Source: the human T2T-CHM13v2.0 reference genome, Homo sapiens. From it: a stretch of 64,000 nt of DNA. Position numbers and translations under genes: made by a program. The stretch lies in NCBI RefSeq assembly GCF_009914755.1, contig NC_060927.1, one strand, 5' to 3'. Shown one piece after another: positions 1 through 24,352 of the stretch. The notes under the pieces are model-generated. The model saw nothing but the letters and a program-made list of their open reading frames with translations. It had not been told where the DNA came from and did no database searches. Position 1 is the first letter of the stretch, and each line of letters opens with the position of its first letter.

Positions 1-236
1 TTTCTTTCTGACTTTCCTTCCTTCTTTCTCTCTTTTTCTCTCTTTTTCTCTCTCTCTTTCTCTCTTTTTCTTTCTCCTTCCTTCTTTTCTTTCTTTCTTT
101 TCCTTCTCTTGCTCTGTTGCCCAGGCTGGAGTGGCTGGCACGATCTTGGCTCAAGCCAATCTCAGGTTCAAGCCATTCTCCTGCCTCAGCCTCCCAAGTA
201 GCTGGGACTACAGGCACGCACCACTATGCCTAACTA
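1..236 (-). mobile_element. CT-rich simple repeat (Alu tail) plus partial Alu
   Basis: Pyrimidine tract 1-100 followed by antisense Alu right-arm sequence, ending at ~236. Confidence 0.85.
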
Positions 237-320
237 TGAAATCAGCCTATTTCTGGTAGCCACTCTATTTGATTCCAAAAATGGCTTGAAGCAGTTTTTA
301 CTCAAAAAAAATACCTGAAG

Positions 321-814
321 TTCCTCTTTTGCAAGGATCTGCCAACATAGGCCATGTCTGCCCTCAAACCATGAAGAAGGCATCCTGGTCATCACCAAGA
401 AGTACTACATTCACCTGGGCAGCAACTTCCACACACACACAAGCATGAGTGCAAGGAGATCACCATCATTCCTGGCAGGAAGCTCTGCAGCCAGACAGCA
501 GGCTATGCTATGTACCCGATGAAGCAGATTCAAGAGGCCCAGGGAGAGCCAGCTCCATGAGTTTGCTGGAGGAGGGAGAAAGAAGAGAGAATTCTGTTTG
601 TGAGGTCTCAGCCTGGGTGGAGAGATCACTGAAGCAGATCCTGACACTAAGGACATGCTGAAGCTTCTGGGCTTCAGCAGTCTATCCAACCTGCAGGTCA
701 CTCAGCCTGCAGTTGGGATGAATTTCAAAACGCCTCATGGAGCTGTTTGAATATTTCTATTCTGGCATAATTAAAATTTCCAATAAACCTGGGACAACAG
801 GAAAAAAAAAAAAA
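321..814 (+). pseudogene. RPS17: Processed pseudogene of ribosomal protein S17
   Basis: Intronless match to RPS17 mRNA: 5' pyrimidine tract ttcctctttt at 321, start codon decayed to ATA (347), recognisable peptides ([41 protein letters not shown]), stop at 748-750, AATAAA 782-787, poly(A) 802-814; frameshifts present. Confidence 0.93.
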
Positions 815-1039
815 GGAAGCAGTCTAGAATTGAGATTAAATCGTTTGGACTCTACAATCAGACTACTTGGGCTCAAATTACCTTCCTATGAAAGTGTATC
901 TCATTTATCTCCATTTTATAGATGAGAAAACTGAGGCCCCTGGAGTTGTATTAATTTTCCAAGACCGCATTGCTCATAAAGGGTACAGCAGGGACCCAAG
1001 CTCGACACTCTCACCCTCAAACATTTCCACAAGTGTAGA

Positions 1040-1273
1040 CCAATGGCTCTCAACTGGGGTGGTTTTGCTCACGTACCACTCCCTTGCCCCACAGCATTTG
1101 AAAGCATCTGGAGACATCTGGGGTAGCCATAGCTGGGAGGGTAGAATGGCACCTAGAGGATGGAGACCAGAGATGCTGCTAACCATCCTACAATACACAG
1201 GACGCCCCCCGCTCACCACCACCACGAATGGTCTGACCCCAAGTGTTGTGACTGTGCCAAAGCTGAGAAACCC
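1040..1273 (+). mobile_element. MER20 hAT DNA transposon fossil
   Basis: Termini caatggctctcaac...gctgagaaaccc and internal gatgctgctaaccatcctacaatacacaggac resemble MER20 consensus. Confidence 0.8.
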
Positions 1274-1384
1274 AAGTTTCTCCTCAGCAAGAAGGGAAAA
1301 TACCTGCAACGTGGATGCACCTCTACAGGAGCCCCAGGCTGACAATAACCTTCCTGATCTGGTTTCAACCCTGGATGCTTTTAC

Positions 1385-4822
<3,438 letters not shown>

Positions 4823-6469
4823 GGCTCCGGGGGCTCTGCCTGCACTTGGGGAAGAGGAAGGACCCGGCGAGAGCGGCCTCTCGGCGGAGCTGGGGCGTCT
4901 GAGCGCGGGCTCGGTGGGTCCGCGCGGCGCGGAGCTGGGCATCGGGGCCGGCGCGGGCTCCTCCGCGGGCCGCTCCCGGCTCTCTGGCGCCCTCTGCTGG
5001 CCGCTCACGCGCACCGCGGACACGCCGGGCCGGGGCCTGCGCCGCCCTCACCTGCCCTGGCCTAGGCGGTCGCTGTCCCCTGCCCGTAGCCAGGCCCGCT
5101 CCGGCCAGGCCCTCCACCTCCACCCCGCCCCAGCCAGGTTGCACCCCGATGGTCTCCCTGCCCAAGGAGGAGAGAAGAGAAGGGACGCCCCGAGAGGGTG
5201 GACATCGGCCACAGCCACCTTGTCTTTGCTCTTACCCTGTGTCTTCCATGATTTGGAGGTGGTGGGAAAACCGAGGCTGCTCAAAACTCGTGGAGAATTC
5301 CGCCTGCAGGATGACATGAATGCACCTTCGCATTGCCTACCAACAGATCTTTTTTGAGCATCTCTGTGGACCGGGCGTGGTGATGGGGGAGGGGATATTG
5401 TGGTGGACATGACAGGCATTGCCTTCACCCAGTGGGGCTCGGCGCTGGGTGAGGAGGCATTGAGAACGGACATTGTCAATTGGGCAAAAGGAGGCCAAGG
5501 AGAAGTGCTGGGTGCATGGGAACTGAAAAAGACAGGAGGCTCAGCAGGTCTTGGAGCTGGGAGAGGGACAGCAGCAGCGGCTGTTCCAAAGGAAGCAACA
5601 GCTGAGAGACTTCTCAGAGAGTTGTTCTCAGCCCAGTGGAGCATGTTCGGGCAGAGGGAACAGCGTGTGCAAAAGCCCAGAGGCTGGGAAAGAAGCAGAA
5701 GGAGGACTGTGGGGCTGGAGCGTGGTGGGCGAGGGGAGAGAGGTGTGGTGGGCAGACAGATTGCCTGGGACCCAGCCGTGCAGGGACAGAGGAGATAGGG
5801 GATCCTTGCAGGCCCCCAGCCAGGGCTCAGGCACAGAGACAATGCAGGTGGGCAAAGAGAGGAGAGGTGGAGAAATATTTTGGAGGCATGCCCTGATGAA
5901 TGAGCCCAGGATGCACCCTTAGTGTCAGTGTGGAGCTTCTTCTTTGGTTGTGTGATCAGCTGAACCCGGGGGTATTTTCTGGACACTGAGGTGCTACACC
6001 AAGAGTCCAGGACAGGCTAAGTGAGCACCAGCAGCTCCTGGCCTACCTCAAAAGCAGGAGAGACAGGGGAGACTGGGGAGCCCGGGGGAGAAGGGGAAGC
6101 GAGGAAGGCAGGAGAGGCCAGGGAAGCAGAGGAGGCCCGGGAGGCAGTGGAGGCAGGAGAGGCTGGGGAGGCTGTGTCCTTCCCATGATTCTGCCCAGGA
6201 TCCTAGGCCCCTGTACTCCCTGAGCTTCCCCACCCCAAGCGCTGGAACCATGTTGCACAATGGTCTCTCCATTAAGCTCCTGATGGCAGCCCCTACCCTG
6301 CTGTGCTCCCTATTTCAACCCTAACAGCTCTCACAGTGGGCAGCACATAGAAGGTGCTCAGGAAACACTGGTGGGGGAGCACATGGGTCTGCTCAGCACC
6401 TTCCTCTCTCCTCCAGCTCTCCCCTGTCATGAAATAATTCTGATAACCACACATGGGCTTTGAGACCCT

Positions 6470-6638
6470 CTTCTATTACTTTCCATATGCTAATCCATCT
6501 ATACCTCACAGCAGCCCTGGGGGTGGGTGCTATTAGGATGCCCATTTTACAGAGGAGGAGACTGAGGTATAAAGAGGGGAAGTGACATAGGCACACTACA
6601 GGGGCTGGGGCCAAGTGATCAGAGCACTCAATCCCCAA
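6470..6638 (+). mobile_element. MIR fragment
   Basis: Core-like cccattttacagaggaggagactgagg motif. Confidence 0.65.
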
Positions 6639-6639
6639 A

Positions 6640-7210
6640 GGCAAGGTGGACGCAGTTACCATAAAAGACAGCAGAGACAAAGCTGCAACCAGAATAGCCT
6701 GACTCTCAGAGACCTATGGTGCCAGCTGATCGTGGCATTCCTAGAAGTGAAATAGAAAAGAAGCCTGCCACACTTTTACTGGATCTGTGTTTGCAGAAGA
6801 GTTCTAGGTCAGGTGAGTAGAAGTCTAATCTGAATCATAAAAACAGTCACAGTCCCCAGTCAATTCCCAGACATAAGCCAGTTCACAGACCCGAAGTCCC
6901 TTGTCTGAATGGGAAGCCAGGTCCCCTCCAGAAAGGACTCTGCTCCACTGCCAAAAATTTATACTGTCAATTTTTCTCCCAGCCTGCCCCTGAAGGAATA
7001 CACAGCCTTTTACCAGGATGACTGAACAGGGGAAAAGGAACTAATGAGACCTGTGCAGGATCACTGGACACAGGCTCTGAACTGGCACTAGGGTGAGACT
7101 AGGGTCAACCAGTCAGAATAGGCATTTTGGAGGTCAGATGAATGTTGGTGCAAGTTCATGTCATGGTAGATCCATTGGGTCCCCAAATCCATCCTCTGGT
7201 TATATACAAA
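6640..7210 (+). mobile_element. ERVL (HERV-L-like) internal gag-pro fragment
   Basis: caattcccagacataagccagttcacagaccc and protease motif ctggacacaggctctgaactg (LDTGSEL) typical of ERVL internal sequence. Confidence 0.75.
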
Positions 7211-7520
7211 GCGGCAATGCTGAGATTCAAATTCAGGGCCTCCAACATAGAGGCTGGGCTCTTACTCATGAAACATTCTGACACTAGTAACCTATTTAAA
7301 AATGCAAACACCTCCTGGGGCTAGCCAGAGTCCTCCAAACAGTCACGTAAATTGGTTCTGTCAAGGATTTCCTCCTACGCCCTGCTGAGAGCCAGTTGCA
7401 AGGAGAGACTAGGGAAGGGCATTGGGTAACTTTGTTGCTAAAAGCTCTTTTGGATAAAGACGTTTGGGAAAAGAAGCAAATAGAGTTCAGCAGAAGAGGT
7501 AAGAAAGTAAGTTTATGTTT

Positions 7521-7936
<416 letters not shown>

Positions 7937-8063
7937 TCACTCCTGGCTGGCTGAGCCACTTTTCAAAACACCCTTGCACAGCTGTGCAGAGCGGCTGGCT
8001 CCACTGGCAGCCGGCAGAGCCATAACTCACACTGTCACCACTCCCCTCAAACCCTTTCAGTAA

Positions 8064-8380
<317 letters not shown>

Positions 8381-9102
8381 TCAATGCAACAGGAATAAAC
8401 ATTTGCTGCAGAGCGGCAATGTGCAGGGAGGAACATGGTTCCACTCAGGCTCAGAAAGCAAAACCTCCCGGCTGTTTGCATGTATGCGAGAGCTCGCAGA
8501 AAAAGCCCTCTGTGTGGCTGCCAGCCTCACACACTCCCCCCAAGGGGTGAGTTTCTCTTTCCATGTTAATCTATGCCCTGACGTGCCATCTGTCAACCAC
8601 CACACAATTCTCAGTTGACATTTCAAAGCATCTTTCCCCTGTGAATGGTCACCAGCCCTACCCTGCAAGCCCCCAGGTGACATTGAACTTAAATGAGAGA
8701 GAAAACAGGTTTCGGGGTGGATTTCAGTTCAGCATCTTGGAGTCTCTGTGTGGACATGAAATCTGTCTCCCCAGCTGTGGGCTGCATCCTTGTTTGTCAT
8801 CTGGTTTGGTTGTTGGGGACTTGGAAACTTGTGAGCACCTTTGCAATTTGTCAAGAAGCTGCACGGCCCTTCCAACAAAAGCAAGCAATAGGAGCAGAAG
8901 CCCAAGGCTTCAGATCAAGGTGCGACTTAAAGCAGCTTCAGTGTAAAAGCAAACAGGAGTCAGAGGGATGCCTAAGGCAGAGTCTAGTCCCCAGGGCAGC
9001 TATAAGGCAAACAGAAAGAGAGAGAGACAGAGACAGAGACAGAAAGACAGAGAGAGATGGGAGGAGACATGAGGCACCCAGGCATCTGCATCAAAATCCC
9101 TA

Positions 9103-9366
<264 letters not shown>

Positions 9367-9481
9367 TTAAAAAATTTTTAAAAAGGATCACCCTGGCTAC
9401 TTGAATGGATGATAAGAAGGTAAGAGCAGAAGCAAGGAGACCAGCAGTGAGATTCTGCAGGTGGGAGTCCACAGTGGCTCA

Positions 9482-10332
<851 letters not shown>

Positions 10333-10339
10333 TCAGTTG

Positions 10340-10990
10340 AAGACTAGAAAATGGTAGGAATTAGCCAGGTCGATAGGAGAGGTGTGGAAGATCATTCCCA
10401 GCAGAGGGAAGAGCATGTGCAAAAATCGAGACGTGAGAGGGTGAGGAGCTGAGAGATGTTCATATAATTATAAAAAGTGACTAATATAGAGGTAAGTTGG
10501 AGCCACATCTTAAAGGCTCTTTGTCGTGTTTATCCTGTAGACAAAGGGAGACAGTAGATGTTTTTAGGCAGGGGAGTAATGATCCACTTTGTGCTATAAA
10601 AAGAGCAGTCTGGCTGGAGGAGAGTGGGAGGTGAGTAGACCAGGTAGGAGGCTGCAATACAACAAGTGAGACAAGATGGTTGGCTGGACCAAGGCTGTGG
10701 CAGTGAGGATGGAGAGGAGACAGTAGACTAACTTGACTGAGAAAGAGGGAGGAATGCAGGATGAGGCCCAGGTGTTTTGGAAGCTGGGTGGATGGTGGTG
10801 TGAATCTGATGTGGTGAGCCCAGGCAGAAGAGGAAATCAGGAGAGGCAAGGTAAGATGAGGTCAATGCAAGACAGACAGCCAAGTGGAGATAACAACTGG
10901 GCAGTTGGATTCATCAGCCTGGAGTTATACAGAGAGCTCTGGAATGGAAATAAAGAGGAAAGGACTTTGGGAATAGGTGAATCCTCCCTG
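10340..10990 (-). mobile_element. L2 LINE fragment
   Basis: Purine-rich degenerate sequence typical of antisense L2 3' region. Confidence 0.55.
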
Positions 10991-12271
10991 AATAATGTGT
11001 AGAGAAAGGAGAATAGAACACAAGGGAAAGATTTGTTATTTTGAAACAAATTTTGAAAAAGGGAAGAGATTTGTTATTAAAACCAACCATCCATCAGACA
11101 TCTTCCAATAAAACACTTGTTAGAGGTTTCCTCAGTGTGAGTTATTCAGGACCAGAGCTAAAGACCATATTCCCAATGAAATCACTGCTGGGAAAGTCTT
11201 CATGAAAACATCTAATGCTGCTTTTAAAACATCAACAACAACAAAAAGGCTTTAGCTACTGCACAGACCCTGGAGCAATTTTTCGGCAAGAGTCTATCAA
11301 AAATCAATGTGATCTGACTCAAGGAGGTGTCATATCTAGTGTAAAAATCCAATTCCAATGTCCATAAGAGCCTTTCTGCCAGGTACAAGACCCTAATCCA
11401 GTTGAAGTGATTTTCTATTGATTAAGAGGCTGGGAATACACAGGTTGTTGGTTTTTGAGATTTCCCTCCCTGTGCCTTCATGCCAGCTGTGAAAGAGTCA
11501 AAAGGCTCCCAACTGTCAAAATAAAAATGACACTTGGTCACAGAGGAAACAGATTATAGGTCAATCACATTGATGACTTTTTAACTATGAGAAGCCATTA
11601 CTGTTACTGAATAAGCAAATCTGTTTTCATAACCAGACTTTTATAGGCTACTGGGAATAAAGGTTTTCCTAAGTGGGTGATTTGTACAACGATAGCCTTT
11701 GGGTCTCTGATGGAACAGCTCTGATGAGGAAATGTTCCTTTAATTATGCAGAAGGCCAATTACCACGTTATAGCCACATTATTTTGCAGATTGCATATAA
11801 TTTCACCATTTCCATAGCTTCAGCACTATAATTCTGGAGAAAATTCAGGCACCAAGAAGACACTTGAGGCACATTATGCTGGAGACAAAGATGTTTTAGC
11901 AAATTCAATTTAAACTTCAACATTAAAGTTATTTTGTTGAATAAAACATAATGCAATAATGAGCTTGTGTATGTCAACTGTACAGTGGAGGTAATAATAG
12001 CTAGAGAGAGCATGTCCCATCTCCTCTTTTTAATGCTCATTCGAGTAATACATAATGCTATAGAGAGAACCTTTCTCTAATATGTGCTTCATCTCAGGCT
12101 AAGCGTGTTTTGTGCAACTGTGCTTCATGAAAAGAAAAAAGATAAAGGATCTAATTTGGGAGCCATTCACAAAAGTGCTACCACTTGATTTTTTTTATAC
12201 TCTGAGATTTCTTATTCCCAGTGCCTACCAGGAATGGACTTTCTGGAGAAGCTCAGATTAATCACTCCTTA

Positions 12272-13667
12272 TGAGAGGTGACAGCGTGCTGGCAGCCCTC
12301 ACAGCCCTCACTCACTCTCGGCACCTCCTCTGTCTGGGCTCCCACTTTGGCGGCACTTGAGGAGCCCTTCAGCCCGCGGGTGCACGGTGGGAGCCCCTTT
12401 CTGGGCTGGCCAAGGTCAGAGCTGGCTCCCTCAGCTTGAAGGGAGGTGTGGAGGGAGAGGTGTGAGCTGGAACCGGGGCTATGCGTGCTGCTTGCCTGCC
12501 GGCTGGAGTTCCGAGTGGGCGTGGGCTTGGTGGCCCCGCACTAGGAGCTGCCGGCCGGCCTTGCCGGCCTGGGCAGTGAGGGACTTAGCACCTGAGCCAG
12601 CAGCTGCTGTGCTCGACTTCTCACTGGGCCTTAGCTGCCTCCCCGTGGGGCAGGGCTTGGCACCTGCAGCCCGCCATGCCTGAGCCTCCCCCCTCCGTGG
12701 GCTCCTGTGCAGCCTGAGCCTCCCCGACGAGCACTGCCTCCTGCTCCATAGCGCCCAGTCCCATCAACCACCCAAGGGCTGAGGAATGCGGGCACATGAA
12801 GAGGGACTGGCAGGCAGCTCCACCTGCGGCTCCTGTGTGGGATCCACTGGGTGAAGCCAGCTGGGCTCCTGAGTCTGGTGGGGACTTGGAGAACCTTTAA
12901 GTCTGGCTAAGGGATTGTAAATACACCAATCGGCACTCTGTATCTAGCTCAAGGTTTGTAAACACACCAATCAGCACCCTCTGTCTAGCTCAGGGTTTGT
13001 GAATGCAACAATTGACACTCTGTATCTAGCTACTCTGGTGGGGACTTGGAGAACCTTTGTGTGGAGACTCTATATCTAGCTAATCTAGTGGGGACGTGGG
13101 GAGGCTTTGTGTCTAGCTCAGGGATTGTAAATGCACCAATCAGCACCCTGTCAAAACAGACCACTCAGGCTCTCTGTAAAATGGACCAATCAGCAGGATG
13201 TGGGTGGGGCCAGGTAAAAGAATAAAAGCAGGCTGCCCGAGCCAGCAGTGGCAACCTGCTGGGGTCCCCTTCCACACTGTGGAAGCTTTGTTCTTTTGTT
13301 CTTTGCAATACATCTTGTTGCTGCTCACTCTTTGGGTCCACACTGCCTTTATGAGCTGTAACACTCACTGAGAAGGTCTGCAGCTTCACTCCTGAAGCCA
13401 GTGAGACCATGAACCCACTGGGAGAAATGAACAACTCCAGACGTGCAGTCTTAAGAGCTGTAAAACTCACCGTGAAGGTCTGCGGCTTCACTCCTGAGCC
13501 AGCGAGACCACGAACCCCACCAGAAGGAATAAGCTTCGAATACATCTGAACATCAGAAGGAACAAACTCCAGACATGCCACCTTTAAGAACTGTAACACT
13601 CACCAGGAGGGTCTGTGGCTTCATTCTTGAAGTCAATGAGACCAAGAACCCACCAATTCCGGACACA
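12272..13667 (+). mobile_element. Solo LTR12 (ERV9; LTR12C-like)
   Basis: Starts tgagaggtgacagcgtgctggcag, repeated caccaatcagcaccctgt U3 units, U5 repeats, ends ccaattccggacaca; 4-bp TSD ctta at 12268-12271 and 13668-13671. Confidence 0.95.
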
Positions 13668-14089
13668 CTTATACACTTGGCACTAGGAGGTCTGTATGGA
13701 GCAAGTGAAGAAATCAGCAGAGTGAAGATAGAGGGAGAAAAACATGATGGGGGAAAGGCAAAGTTACTGCCATGTTGGTTTCAATTCTGCCACTCATGAG
13801 TGAGACCCATGACCTCCTCTCTCTAGGACTCTGTTGTTCTTATCTGTAGAGTGGAGGAATAGAACAGCCTTTTAAAGTATTAACATTTCCTGACCTATCT
13901 GTAAAACACTTTCATTCAAACTGGTGGGAATCTTGCCTACTTTGCCAAGAGGACATAATAATCATCAAGCTGAGTGCACCAAACAACATTGCCTGAAACT
14001 ATCTAAGCAAAAACTGAGAAAGTTACACAGGACAGACAAAACTCCTATAAGAGTAAGAACTCTTTAGCACATGCTTAGAGTGTCAAAGA

Positions 14090-14460
14090 CAATGCTGTGT
14101 TCACACCATTCCTCTTCCTGGACATGCAGAAAGACTACATTTCCCAGCCTCACTTGCAGTTAGTTTGGAACCATGTGACTGCATTTCCATGAATAGGAAT
14201 GTAAGAAATCCCTTCTGGGCCAAGGCTATCAAAGGCAAGTGTGAGCTATGTTCCCTCTCTTCCTATCCATATGGCTACAAGTGAAAAACTCTGAGATGGC
14301 AGAATTAAAAGATGGAAACCTCCAGAATCTCTGAATCACTGTTGGACAAGGGACCCCAAGGAGAACCCCTGCCCTGCACCAGACTATGCTATGGGTGCCA
14401 ACCCACTGAGAGTTCAGGGTTTATTCGTCTCAGCAGCAGTCTATTGTTACACTGACTAAC
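14090..14460. mobile_element. MLT1-type MaLR LTR
   Basis: actacatttcccagcctcacttgcagttag...ccatgtgact motif of old MLT1 LTRs. Confidence 0.65.
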
Positions 14461-14499
14461 ATCCTAAGCTTTGAGAGATCTAGCATATTGTTAATTGAA

Positions 14500-14875
14500 G
14501 CTAGATTTCAATTACACTGAGAACCTTATCTATTTAAAAATAAAAACTCTCCTAAAAAAAACAAATAATCCACATTCCTTTTAACCACATGTGGCAAATT
14601 TGTAAAAAGAAAAAAACAAAAAAAAAAAAACCAAAAAAAGAAAAACAACTGGCCACATATTAGGCCATAAAGAAGTCTCAACAAAATCCACTATACTATT
14701 GACATTGTCCAGACCAGATTTTCCTGACCATAATGCAACAAAATTAGAAGTCAACAGCAAGAAGATAGCTAAACACAAGCATACATTTGGAAAATTAAAA
14801 ATATCCTTTCATGAGTTAAATGAAAAATTACAATAGAAATTACTAAACATTTACAACTGAATGAAAACACAACTT
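14500..14875 (+). mobile_element. Old L1 ORF2 fragment
   Basis: ccacatattaggccataaagaagtctcaacaaa and tgaccataatgcaacaaaattagaagtcaac resemble L1 endonuclease-region sequence. Confidence 0.7.
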
Positions 14876-14889
14876 TATATATATATGTA

Positions 14890-15380
14890 TATTTTTTTTT
14901 GTGAGTCTTCCAACTTTGTTCCTCTTCTACAAGGTTATTTGGGAAATTCTGGGTCTCCTGCAGTTCCTCATAGAGTTTTATGCTGTTTGTCAATTTCTGT
15001 GGCTGGGATGAACTTATCGTAGTTCTCATAGACCAGGGTTTGCATGTCGCTGTCTAGAGCCCGGATCTGCTGCACCATGTCCGTCTCACTGTCCATCAGC
15101 TGGGCCAGAGGGCACTCTCTAGGCAGCTTGTCTAGTTAAACTTCCGGGTCGAAGTGTGCCCCATTCAGATCAGTGGGGTCCAGGGGGTCGGGCCCAGCGG
15201 GGAGTCCCACCGCCTCCCATTCTGAGAGGCCGTTGTAAAGCTTTAGCATCCTGTGCGCCTTCCGCCGACGCTCCGTGAACCTCCCCACCGGGGCCTTCTG
15301 CGGAGTCCCCAGGTCCACACCCCGGGCTAGGCCCAGTGACAGCTGCCGCCGCCATAGCTCTAACTGCAGCCCACGGGCGT
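14890..15380 (-). pseudogene. VPS51: Truncated processed VPS51 pseudogene (5' exons) joined to L1-derived sequence
   Basis: [22 protein letters not shown]...[17 protein letters not shown]...[56 protein letters not shown] matches VPS51 N-terminus without intron; frameshift and stop; homology ends at gccacag (~14996). Confidence 0.9.
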
Positions 15381-16068
15381 AATTTTTTTTTTTAAGTTGG
15401 ATACATGGAGCTACTTGGCTTTTGCTTTCATCATATCGTTGAGGAAAGAGGTGGTTGCTTATGGTACCCCTGTTTTTACTGCAACCTGTAATGGATGAGA
15501 ACCTCCCTGTTGCAGAGAGCAAAACACTGAACTAAATTGTGCTGTAACACAGCCCTGTGTTGGGGGATTGGGAGTGATCATGCAAACGCTTGCAAATTTG
15601 CACAGAGACAGAGACAATCACTGTCTCTGTCAGTGTGATTTGGGCAGCTGTTCACTATATGAAAAGGCAATTGACCAAAAGTCAGTTACCGAGCTATCTC
15701 AATACTTTCATTTTATTTTAACTTTTGGCAGCAGGGTACAATTAAAGGAGAGAAAGAAAACAAAGTGATAAGTGTAAGATAATGTACACACGTGTGTAAA
15801 AGAAAGTGACAAGACAGGATGACTGTTTGTCTCTTAGTTAGCTCCTTGGGCTCTATGTCTCCTTCCTCAGAGAACCTCATTTTCCTTTGTCCAGATGTGT
15901 TAGGGTGGATAATCCAGGCGTCTGCTCCCCCATGATGGAAGCCAAAAACATCCCTGGAGCCGCCTCCCGCTGCACCCTTTCCTGCACTGCCCACATGGAC
16001 ACAACTCAGCCGATTAGACTTCCTCTCAGAACTTTAGTCTTGAGCAAAGGGATTAAAGGGCGAAGTGA

Positions 16069-20870
<4,802 letters not shown>

Positions 20871-20918
20871 GCTCCAAAACAAACAAACAGCAAGAGACAA
20901 CAGATCAGGATACAGCAT

Positions 20919-22594
<1,676 letters not shown>

Positions 22595-23347
22595 TTACAA
22601 TTAATCTCTGTTCTTACTCATTGGAGCTTGATGCCTCTAAAAACTTTGTCATTGGAACCACCTCTGGTGCTTTAAAAGAAAAAAAATCCACATACTCACA
22701 CAGGTACAAGGAAATCAGAATCTCGGGTATTGAGACCCAGGCCTCATCATGTGTAAGCTCCCCAGCTGATTTGACTCAAAGCCAAGACTGAGGAACGGCG
22801 ACATGGATCTCTACACATAACCTGCCTAAATAGATTCTCTAGAAGCAGTTTATAAAGAAATTCCACATGAACTCTGGAAGAGGATATGAATTTGATGTAC
22901 AGTACGTCCTCACTTAACACCTTTGAAAGTCTCTTGGAAACTTCACCTTGAAGCAAAATTATGTATAGTGAAACCACTTATTTTTCATCAAGAGTATAAC
23001 CACAACTTTGAACAACCAATGGTGTTGGAGGACCTCCTGTACATTGTTTCCATAAAGTCAGTTTTCAGGGAATTCCAAAACGAAGTGAGGACTTCGTGTA
23101 TATAAAAAGATGGTTGTGATTCCACCTGGATGACAGGGTTATTGCTCAGAAACTAAAAGAGGCCGCCTAGGTAGAGAGGATCCTGTCATGAGGTTTCTGC
23201 TAAACAAAGGATCCCAGAATCCTCACCCATTCCAGTTAAAGGCATAACGAAGAGAGCAATATTCACAAAGGAAATGCGGAAAGGAATAAAAGCCATCAAG
23301 CCACAAAAATAGTGTGACTAAGGGGCAGGATTTGCAGATGTAGAGAT

Positions 23348-24352
23348 TTAATGTGATTGCCCTTTCTCACCCACACAAGAAAAAGGATGGAACAGATCAT
23401 GAGATTCGACTGTTCTGCTGTGCAGCCCCCACAGGGCACTTTGTATGTCCCTGTTTCTCAGGCTGTAGATGAAAAGGTTCAACATGGGGGTGACCACAGC
23501 GTACATCACTGATGCCACCACACCATTCCTGGGGGGTGGTGACACAGCTGAAGTCAGGTACATGCCAATGTCTGTTCCATAAAATCAGCAAACAACTGCT
23601 AGGTGAGAGCCACAGGTGGAGAAGGCTTTATACTTCCCATCTGATGATGAAATCCTTAGAATGGAGGGGATGATTTTATAGTAAGACAAAAGGATCCCTG
23701 AAATGGGAAGAAAACCAAACATAGTACTATGGAAATATATGAATATGCTATTGATGATGCTGTCAGAACAGGCAAATTTGAGAAGTTGAGAGGGGTCACA
23801 GACAAAATTAGAGATTTCCACATTCTTGATGATGGTGAATTGTAACACAATCCAACTGTGCAGCTGGGAATCCAACAGGCTAAGGAAAAAGGACACCAAA
23901 ACGAAGAAGACACAGAGGTGAGGATTCACGATGACTGGGTAGTGCAGAGGGTGACAGATGGCTACAAAGCAGTCATAGGCCATCACAGTCAGGAGCATGC
24001 CTTCTATACATGCAAAAAGGACCAAGAAAGACATCTGCGTCAGGCAGCCTGCATGAGAGATGACTCTGCTATGCGACTGCATGTCCACAATCATCTTGGG
24101 AACTGTGGCCGAGGTGAAACCGATGTCAGCCCAGCACAGGTTGGAGAGGAAGAAGTATATGGGGGTGTGGAGGGGGGAGTCAGAGCGGACAGCCAGGATG
24201 CTGAGCAGGTTCCTCAGCACCGTGACCAGATACATGGACAGGGACAGGGACAGCAAAGCGAGGACGGCTGCAGTTCTGGATCCTCTGAGAGTCCCAGGAG
24301 GAGGAATTCTCAGACACCTGTGAGATTCCGTGGCTCTCTGTGTCTTGGACAC
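23348..24352 (-). pseudogene. Olfactory receptor family 7 subfamily E pseudogene (copy 1)
   Basis: OR motifs [49 protein letters not shown]; TGA at 24310-24312, frameshift near N-terminus, stop at 23585; candidate splice acceptor at 24353-24354. Confidence 0.95.

Noticed and set aside
5048-5986. 312-aa minus-strand ORF upstream of the CpG island
   Set aside because: No recognisable domain; runs through GC-rich and probably repeat-derived sequence.
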